Shown piece after piece: positions 55,401 through 64,000 of a DNA stretch of 64,000 nucleotides; position 1 is the stretch's first letter; each line of letters begins with the position of its first letter. The stretch comes from Marsupella aquatica. Its lineage: Eukaryota > Plantae > Marchantiophyta. The notes below the pieces were generated by a model. The model saw nothing but the letters and a program-made list of their open reading frames with translations. It was not told where the DNA came from and ran no database searches. Both the position numbers and the translations under genes were made by a program. Where the stretch lies: the NCBI GenBank assembly GCA_973895155.1, contig OZ316893.1, positions 25,780,798 to 25,844,797 on the forward strand, read 5' to 3'.

Positions 55401-56309
55401 TCCCATAAACCACTCTGATTAATTATTTTTGCTCGACGAGCACTTTCCTTAGTAAAAATGCTCACTTGTGTTGGTGTCGAAACGTGTTTGTCTGTAGGCC
55501 TACCGGTCAAACAGTGCAATGCACACAAATATGAAATATCAATTCTGCTTAAAAGCATGCCATTGACAACAACAACAACAACAGTTATGTGTAAACACAC
55601 TCTCCTGTGCTGTGGTCCGTTGCACAGTTAAAATGTCCACCAGGTTTTGCTTAATTTGAGGACCTTGGTTGTTTTGAGGTCGGTTGTTGGTGTGGAATGC
55701 AGCAGCTTTCACCTGTCCTACGAGCCATGTGGGCAAGACATGTTGCACCCAAACCTGGCTCCCCTTATCCTTGAATTGGAGGTATGCAGGACAACCTAGA
55801 AAACAATAACTGATTTTGAATGAAGTTCAACACTCAGAACAGCAAGATCTGGGGCATTTGAAATATCCTCCCAACATGGATTGATGCCACCATTCCTGAC
55901 ACACTGCTCTGCAAGGCAACCTTCAGGCTGCATGTGAAACTCTAGTGCATAGTGCATGATTCCAACCCTAAATTCCACCACATAGAGATTGTGGTTGGGC
56001 CTGTTTGAGCTGGATTCGCATCTCCTTCCCGATTTCCTTTAGTAAATGCTACCTTGAGTTTAAATACCCTATGCAATGCTCATTCGTGACTTTGGCTTTT
56101 GCCACATACACGTTGACAGTAAATACTCATGCAGAGTATTACTCATAACATCATGGTGTCTTATGAGTAATACTGTGCATACATGTTGACAGTAATACAT
56201 GATGACGGTGGTTCATCTTAGAGACTACGTCCACAAGAGAGCACACACAAGAGAGCTTTAATACTGATCTAAGCCCATTGGCCATATTGAGTCTCATCTC
56301 CTAACAGGT

Positions 56310-56466
56310 TCCATCACAATGAGCCTAAGTTACACCCACTAACTAAGTATTGCTAGTGTAGGTAGTAGTTGGACATTTAACCATAATCCATCACAATGAA
56401 CCTAAGTTCCACCCACTAACTTAGTATTGCTAGTGTAAGTAGTAGCTGGACATCTTACCATAATCA
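56310..56466. repeat. Two-copy ~78-bp tandem duplication
   Basis: CCATCACAATGA.CCTAAGTT.CACCCACTAACT.AGTATTGCTAGTGTA.GTAGTAG.TGGACAT...ACCATAATC occurs twice. Confidence 0.8.
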
Positions 56467-58295
56467 AGCACCTGATTACTGCTTGACAAACTGCAATTAC
56501 AGAGTAACTCTATATCTAAGAGTAAATATCTACACATATGAGACATGGCTTTTACAAGATGTTGGTGGCAAATGTCATATTTTTGTTCCCTTTGAGATTA
56601 CATTGGATGGTAGAATGAGTTGAAACTGCTTCAAAAGGTATTTCAAAAACTTACAGGCCAATTTTGGTATGGTGTCTGCTGATCTCACATTTCAAGCAAT
56701 GGGCCAGTACTTTTGGTATCTATAACAACACCAGCAATCCAATAGAGGAGTTGTAACAAAGGGTTTCCCACAATAACATTTCATGTAAGGCACAAATATG
56801 CAAGGTACTAACAAAAAGCTCTTGTTGCTTGCCAGGACACTATCTCTAGACCATACAAAGAGGCAATAAGACCCTTTGAGCTTCAATCTCAAGTGTGTAA
56901 GATGAGTACAACCACCATGCTCCTCACTTAATTTGGTCCTCACTTAATTTGACACCACTGCATGAGTGAGAGGGGCAAACCTTGCTAGGAATATCACTGC
57001 TAGGAAGAGACCATTTTGAAAGGAACAACAAATTTGGGACCATAGTGATTTCCTCATTTTCTCCCCTGGCTTGTCTGAAAGTTACTCTTGCTACTACTTT
57101 GGACTTTTTGCTTAGGGATTGGGAGCCTTTTCAGTCAAACTTCACTTTGGCTTTGCTGATAGGAAACTTCTCACTTATTTACCTCTATGTGCCCCACTGG
57201 TCTTTGCCACACGGCCTCTGGAATAAAGCAGCACACTATTTCCCTTCCTTTAAAAAAGAAAACCACCCACAATAGATAATATTGGAATTTATAATTCCAA
57301 ACAGATTGGCATTCGAAACAAACTAGAGGGCACCATGCCATTCACGTGTTAGGGGCCCCCTTTTGGAACATCTGAGGTAAGGTGCTCTTAGCTCTATCCT
57401 GGTACACATCTGGAATGTTGTTTGAAGGGGCATGTTGTCTATTATGCATTAATCAACATGTTTATTGGTGCTGGATGGAATGTTCTGCGGACGGAACAAA
57501 ATATACCTCAAAGCATGAAGAAAATCAAAATAAAGGAAGCTCACCCAGCTTGCTCTTAGGCAATTGCCCATTTAATTTGAAAAGAAACCTATATTATGGA
57601 GAGATATACTTAGTGGACCTCCAAATGCAACTTTCTCTCTTAATGGACCAAAAGTTTCCCACGCCCTCCCAATGGACCCCAAAGTTTAGATTCTCTCCCA
57701 ATGGACCTCCGGGCCCACTTCGTAGAGGCATGTTCTTATGAAACAGCTTACCACGCAGTTCGAGTCCACTGCGTACCCTCTGGAAACCGTGGTTGGTCAT
57801 GTGTAGTCGGCCGTCAATAACGTCGCAGTCCACAAGCGTTGTAGCCCTGGCGGCAATCGAGCTCCGCTCAGCATCATGGCAGTTTTTGTGAATACAGTAT
57901 GACTATTGTATTCAAAACAATAATTGAACGAGTTTGCGGTGGCATTGGAGCCTTCGTGCCCGGCCTCACAAGATTTCAGAATACATTGTCACTTTAGTGT
58001 TCAAGATACAAAGGAAATAGTTTATTGGAGCTTGCAACAGCCGGCAAGCCGTACCTCCCCGAACCTCCTTGCCTTTATGAAGATATTGTCCATAATGTGT
58101 ACAAATCTTAAAGGAATAATTTTCAAAATTCAAATGTGCCCGCCCTTTATGGAACCCTTTCGGAACCTGTTTTGTTGTCATTTGGTTTGTTTCTCGACAT
58201 TTTCTCGCATTTTCTCGTGTTGCTGGTTCCGGCTCGTGTTGCTGGTTCTTGTTGTTCCTGCTGTTCCCGCTCGTGTTCTTGCTCGTGTTCCTACT

Positions 58296-58934
58296 ATGAC
58301 GACCCTTGAGGATGTGCGAATTGCAATGAAGGAGCGGCCAGACAGCATCATTGGGCCAATCCCGGTATATGTTTGTAATTTTCACTCTGATTTCCCATGG
58401 CCCAGAAAGTTCACTTACAGAGGTTGCAGGCATGGCATTGACGGTGGTTTGGTTTGTGGGAAGTCCATTGAGGCAGCGGAGCAATGCAAGCACGACCCAC
58501 TGGTAGACGGTAACAATTGTCATTTGTATAGGTTCGATATTTGCATGGTGGATGCATATGAGAACACTGGGCCATTCAAGGCCACTATCTTTCAAGCTGC
58601 ACGAGAGCTTGTGGACATGACTGCTGACGAATTTGCAAAGTATGGTACCATTCGCCAGCTTGAAACAATGCACCAGCAAATTTCTCAGATCCCATACTGT
58701 CTAGTGTGGATTAAGGCAGGACGACACTCTGCTGTTGTGAATAAGCTTGTTGTTGAGATGTGGCGATGCCCTCCTAGTCGTGCCCCTGTGAGAACAAGAG
58801 TTGAGAAAGTGATCAGCAGAAGCAATCTTGTGGATGCTGATGTCCTTATGCAGCAGTTGGAGGTGACTGCAGCAATGATTTCAAAGTTTCGTTTGTCCAC
58901 CATCGAATCCGCCGAAGACTCGAAAGGCAAATGA
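58296..58934 (+). CDS. RPA70 C-terminal (DBD-C)-like OB-fold/zinc-ribbon protein, about 212 aa, intronless, probably transposon (Helitron) cargo
   Basis: FTYRGC-x9-CGKSI...CKH...YRFDICMVDAYENTG..KATIF.AARELVDMTADEF resembles the RPA1-C pattern Y.AC..C.KK...C..C...Y.L...+.D.TG.....F...A..L+G..A.EL. Likely start is ATG 58296 within the 57924-58934 ORF. Confidence 0.62.
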   Translation: MTTLEDVRIAMKERPDSIIGPIPVYVCNFHSDFPWPRKFTYRGCRHGIDGGLVCGKSIEAAEQCKHDPLVDGNNCHLYRFDICMVDAYENTGPFKATIFQAARELVDMTADEFAKYGTIRQLETMHQQISQIPYCLVWIKAGRHSAVVNKLVVEMWRCPPSRAPVRTRVEKVISRSNLVDADVLMQQLEVTAAMISKFRLSTIESAEDSKGK

Positions 58935-59335
58935 TAGGGATGTTGTGTCATGCAGGATATGTTTTGGTTGTTGTATTCTTGTTATTTCTTGAAGAGATTG
59001 GTGGTTTGGTAAGATGATTTAGTGTCATTTAGCATTCTTCGTAGCTTCAATGATGAACAATTTGCATTTCAGATGAGTATTGGGGGAGCCCTTCAGTTGC
59101 ATAATTTTGAAAACTTGTATTGTGTAATGGGTATTTTCTCTTGCGTTATGAATAGAATACAACATTGTTTATGTATTCTCTGATCTATCTGTTATGTAAC
59201 ACGTTGCAACATTCTTTTGTATGTTGAGAATACAACACAGAATACTACATGGTGTATGTATTCTTTGAATTCTATTTCATGTAACACGTCTAGGTTGTGC
59301 CTGCTTTGCTACTTCATTGCTAGGGTTTAGGGTGC

Positions 59336-59513
59336 ATGATCAGTTGCGCGTATGCCTTATCTTTGGCGAGGGTTTAGGATTTTAGAGAGATGGCGGCCGA
59401 TGAGTGAGGAGGATTGTTTTAGGGAGGGATTCCACTATTGGAGCTCGCAAATCGATCGATCGAAGGCCTGATCAGTTGCGCGTATGCCTTATCTTTGGCG
59501 AGGGTTTAGGATT
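59336..59513. repeat. ~45-bp exact duplication with telo-box-like AGGGTTTAGG motifs
   Basis: TGATCAGTTGCGCGTATGCCTTATCTTTGGCGAGGGTTTAGGATT at about 59337 and 59469. TAGGGTTTAGGG at about 59321. Confidence 0.75.
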
Positions 59514-59892
59514 GGGAGCGATTGGGAGAGATCAATTCAGGGAGCTGGTCATGGGGGACTGCGCGCGATTGGGAGTGAGTGAGTATAGAGTGATTCAGGG
59601 AGCTGGTGCTGGTGAAGGGGGATTGTGAAATCACTTGGGATTGCCTGTCGGGTGATTGGAGTGACTGTCGAGAGCGATTCAGGGGGATCAACAAGTGAAC
59701 GTTGGGCAGGTCGGTTGGGTTTTGAACCCAACCAAGGTAGTCATGGTGCCCCATGCCAAGAAACTAACATTGGCAAAGGAGGGACAACATTTTTGATACG
59801 GTGTAGGCGAGCAAGGGAACCACGTATTCAAGTGTATATGCGCCGGTCATGCTCCTCGCGGTTTCTCTTCGTTCAAGTCGTTTCAGACTCAC

Positions 59893-62800
59893 TTGAGCAC
59901 CAAGCATGGCCGAAAACTCCTTGCTGATTTGTTGGAGCCAGACCTGCCTTGGTTGAGTTCAAAACTCAACACCTCTAGTCCCGCCAAGAAACCACGGAAA
60001 TGCAACAGCAGTAGTGGTAAGAAGACGGAAGGTGCATCATGGATTCGATTGCGATCGACTGCCAAGCTAAGATGGCAAATGACGAAGCAGCGCAAAAAGA
60101 ATCAACTGAAGGTGGACTATTGCGTTTCAGTTCTGGGGAAGAAGGAGCCATCGGTTCCATCGAAATTGGTGCTTGTTTGTCTCATTAAGGTCTACCACAT
60201 TCGTCCGAAGGAGAAGAGTGGCTGGGGCTGCTTGGTAGACGATAGTTTCTTTGAGATGTTACAGGAGCATGTCAGCTCTGCTCCTATCACCAATGTTGTG
60301 TATCACTGGGCCGAGCATGTGCAGCAATTGCCTGCTTAGTTGCCTGTGGATCGAAAGTTGCATGCTTTGCAGGTTGATTGTCGACTATTACAGGTACTTT
60401 TTCCGCTGAGAGATGTCCCTGCCCAGTCTGTCCAACCTTCAGCAGGTGAGGAGAGTAGAGAACTCATTGTTGCAGACACCTTGGAGTTTTTGAGGAAGAA
60501 AAGGGAAAGTCTGTTGTGGAAAGTCGGAGCAAAAGAAATCGATTTTGACCATGCCTATCCAGACTATGTGAAGTGGAAAAAAGAGCAGAAGCATCTGTCA
60601 ATTGCCACAGCCGGTCGGAATTGTGTGAAAGATTACACAGGTGATGGCATGTCACAAGAAGAAGCAGAGGCAGCGGTACGTAACACAATCATTTTACTTG
60701 TCTTTGCATTGTTGTGTATACTTCGCGCACAATGTTTACACGAGTTTTCATATTGCAGGCTGGAGTTCACGAAGTGTGGGTTGATACCTCAGATGAGGAG
60801 GGGTACGAGCCCACCCTTGACAAGTGGGGATTAGATTATCATGAGTCCTCTGATGAAGAAGACGCAGCAGAGGTATAGTTCCTCTTCCCATTCTGCCAAT
60901 GATTTTTTCTGAATCTGCAGAGTTTGACAACATTGACCGAAATGTCTACGAAACTTCAGGTTCCTTTGAATGACGAAGCTAAAGTCAAAGAATCAGGGAA
61001 GAAAGGAAAGCCACGCAGGAAGCCAAGCGAACCCAAGAAGCAGCCTCCACAGAAAATTACGCCTCCTGTTGACACTCAGGAAGCCGATGAGGTAAAATTT
61101 GCACTTCCAATGTAATTATCCCATTTGTATACCGTGATATCAATGTATGCACGAGTGTATGCACGATGGTTTAGTGCTCTTAGCCCGAGTATTGCTTTTT
61201 CAGGTTCCTCCCAACAAAGGAGCCAAAGCCAACCAATCAAAGCGGAAAACAAAAAGAACCAAGAAATCTGTAGAGCCAGCACCGAACGGCAACACCACCC
61301 TTCCCGTAGATTCTCAGCAAGCTGACCAGGTAACGTTTACAGATGAAAGTTCTTTGCAACATGTGTAAACAGTGTGGAGAATGTTTCCTGTTTTATCAAC
61401 ACTGCAAGTTCAAGAGTAGGACATTATGTTGAATACCATGATGTTAATGTATACTCACTGTTTGAATGCGCCTGTACCCCGAGTATTGCATTTTAGGTTC
61501 CTGAATCCCATGAAGGACCTACACCCGAACAATCTGTAGAGCCATCACCAAACGGCAACACCACCCTTCCCGTAGATTCTCAGCAAGCTGACCAGGTAAT
61601 GTTTACAGATGAAAGTTCTTTGCAACATCTGTAAATAGTGTGGAGAACGTTTCCTGTTTTATCAACACTGCAAGTTCAAGAGTAGGACACCAATGTTATG
61701 TTGTATACCATGATGTTAATGTGTACTTACTGTTTGAATGTGCCTGTACTCCGAGTACTGCATTTTAGGTTCCTGAATCCCATGAAGGACCTACACCCGA
61801 ACAATCTGTAGAGCCACCACCGAACGGCAACACCACCCTTCCCGTAGATTCTCAGCAAGCTGACCAGGTAACGTTTACAGATGAAAGTTCTTTGCAACAT
61901 CTGTAAACAGTGTGGAGAACGTTTCCTGTTTTATCAACACTGCAAGTTCAAGAGTAGGACACCAATGTTATGTTGTATACCATGATGTTAATGTATACTT
62001 ACTATTTGAATGTGCTTGTACTCCGAGTACTGCATTTTAGGTTCCTGAATCCCATGAGGGACCTACACCCGAACAATCTAAGAGGAAATCAAAGAGAACC
62101 AAGAAATCTGTACAACCACATAAGCCCGCGCCTGAGGTAAGTGTGTTTTCAATAGGCCAAGGAGGAACATTCCAGGGTAGACAGTGGTAAAAATGTATTC
62201 TATGTGTACTTATTTGATTTAAACATGCAATCACCTTAGTTTGCAATGATAGGGACCAAAGGAAGGAGAGCAAGCAACGGCACCCCCGGAGACAGAAAAA
62301 AGTGAACCTAGATGTTCAAAGACGAAGCAAACAACTGCTCCCACCAAAGAGAAAATTGCCCAACCAAAAAGAAAAACCAGAACTAAAACCAAGGTAACTA
62401 CAAATCATTGTGTACTATGTGGCCATATTGTATAGGGACTAAACACATGATTCGCTTGATACTGATTTCAGCCTTACAATTGCAGAATTCATGTAAACAA
62501 GTCCAGGATGTCAATGCACAACCAGCACCAGAGGGAGGCAACACTATTGAAACTCAGGGTATTGCCCTTCCACCGAATGTGTCTGCAATCCCATCAGGAG
62601 AGGTGACTGCACCGGTAGGGAGCACACCTTCTGTAATTGACTTTGGTGGCATGATTGATTGGTAAGATGTGTTTCTTTGCTGATTGCATTCATATGTGAA
62701 TTTGCAGGAGTACCATAAACCACCTGATGTGCAACCAGACCCATATGCAAGTAGACGTAGGAGAAAATTGACAGTTCGTGGGCCATTGGGCAAGGCGCAA

Positions 62801-62968
62801 AGTGAATTTGTAATCCCTGGGTCTTTACCACAAGAGGTCACTGTGCAGGAGGACGATATTTTGGATTCCTTGCACGCATCACAAATTCTCCAAGATTGTA
62901 GCCAGGCTGATGTTACCTCTTTTCACAAGGCAATCGATAAAATGATTAGTAATGTGGATGAAGTTTAG
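59893..62968 (+). pseudogene. Multi-exon gene of unknown function (probably TE-associated) with one in-frame stop and duplicated Lys/Pro-rich exons
   Basis: ORFs 59893-60339 and 60340 onward are in the same frame across a single TAG (60337-60339). Downstream phase-0 GT-AG exons at 60960-61091, 61204-61329, 61497-61595, 61769-61867 and 62041-62136, with further probable exons to about 62968. The true 5' end was not determined. Confidence 0.5.
61265..62079 (+). repeat. About three copies of a 272-bp exon+intron tandem unit
   Basis: Exon starts at 61497, 61769 and 62041 (period 272), with near-identical introns GTAA.GTTTACAGATGAAAG...GCATTTTAG. Confidence 0.9.
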
Positions 62969-63159
62969 GGTACAATTAGCAATATCCGAGGGATAGTCTA
63001 GGGTACCTACCCTGTTTTGTCACCAATGTGTTCATGATAATAAATATGAAATGTTCCTACATTTCTTGCTCTCTTTCAAGACTATATAACATGATCTGTT
63101 CCAAAAATGGTCATAGTAGATCTGTGTCTGGGATACAATATTTATGTTGTATTCACATT

Positions 63160-63585
63160 TTCTCTGACTTTACGACAAAGACGCCCCACTGTCAAATCCT
63201 TCCCACTAACTAAGACGCCCCCCGCCGAAGCCCAAATGGACAAAACCTACAGAATTTGAACACAGAAAACCCTTTTTCATGTATACGATTTGGACGTTGT
63301 ATTCAGATTTCACACTTGGAAAAAAAATTGTCCCTCCGACTTTACGAACACGCCCTCCGCCGAAGCCTGCCCAAATGGACAAAACCTATGGAGTTTCAAC
63401 ATAGAAATACCTTTTTCATGTATACACTTTGGACATTGTATTCAGATTTCACACTTGGAAAAAAAAATTTGTCCCTCCGACTTTACGAACACGCCCTCCG
63501 CCGAAGCCTGCCCAAATGGACAAAACCTATGGAGTTTCAACATAGAAATACATTTTTCATGTATACACTTTGCACGTTGTATTCA
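63160..63585. repeat. ~141-bp tandem repeat, two near-identical copies plus one degenerate copy
   Basis: CTCCGACTTTACGAACACGCCCTCCGCCGAAGCCTGCCCAAATGGACAAAACCTATGGAGTTTCAACATAGAAATAC at about 63334 and 63475. Confidence 0.88.
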
Positions 63586-64000
63586 TAATTCACAGTTACA
63601 AAAAAATTCATTCACTTGAACTTTACAAAGACAGTCGGGCCTAAATGGAAAAAAAATGCCATATTCAACACTTTAATAATCATACAGCACATGCACCATG
63701 GAAGGCGTACTCAGACCTAACAATTGCAAATAAAAGGCTTCACTCCTCATTGGATGGAATACAACATCCACTTTGTAACAATTTGAACTCATTCAAGGTA
63801 GTGTTTAGGTCCATGCACAAATGTGCCCTACTACCATCTAACTTCCCAATATAGTGAATAGTAGACTGTGATGTATATGTCTATTCTGTGATATCTACTT
63901 CATGAGGTAGCCCAAAATAAGGGCAATTATCAGCAGCTTCTTCAGCAAGTTCAGTGATGCGCCGTGCCCACTCATAATCCAAGGAGTTTTGAATGCGTGG

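Noticed and set aside
52800-56000. Scattered minus-strand ORF fragments
   Set aside because: No recognisable domain and no consistent splice model.
57924-58295. N-terminal 124 codons of the 336-aa ORF
   Set aside because: Starts at TTG and contains T-rich repetitive leader-like sequence (GCTCGTGTT repeats); ATG 58296 is the more plausible start.
57966-58679. 237-aa minus-strand ORF
   Set aside because: Shadow of the plus-strand RPA-like ORF, with no recognisable motifs.

Overview
Eukaryotic, intron-rich land-plant genomic DNA; a bryophyte/liverwort-like origin is my impression only. Four intact spliced host genes could be rebuilt by hand with canonical GT-AG introns: a Bet v 1/PR-10-like gene (+, 5202-6004), a secreted S1/P1-nuclease-family gene with a Pro-rich tail (+, 15414-19654), guanosine deaminase GSDA (-, 22738-24803) and DDI1 (-, 31307-37822). 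Mobile DNA includes the 5' LTR and PBS of an LTR element running off the left edge (859-1190), an inverted solo LTR of the same family with a 5-bp TSD (40020-40351), and a full-length, slightly decayed Ty1/copia element (41867-47572, TSD AGTTC). The right arm (about 51-64 kb) is repeat-rich and carries an RPA70-C-like OB-fold ORF and a gene with tandemly duplicated exon-intron units, possibly Helitron cargo. Two observations stand out. First, the copia element carries an antisense ORF between RNase H and the PPT that encodes an RNase H1 N-terminal RNA:DNA-hybrid-binding (Cauli_VI-like) domain. Second, the S1/P1 gene is intact but four of its nine Zn ligands and the catalytic Arg/Lys are substituted, and it has an arabinogalactan-like tail, so it is a candidate extracellular pseudonuclease. 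All alignments and motif assignments were done by eye, without database searches.
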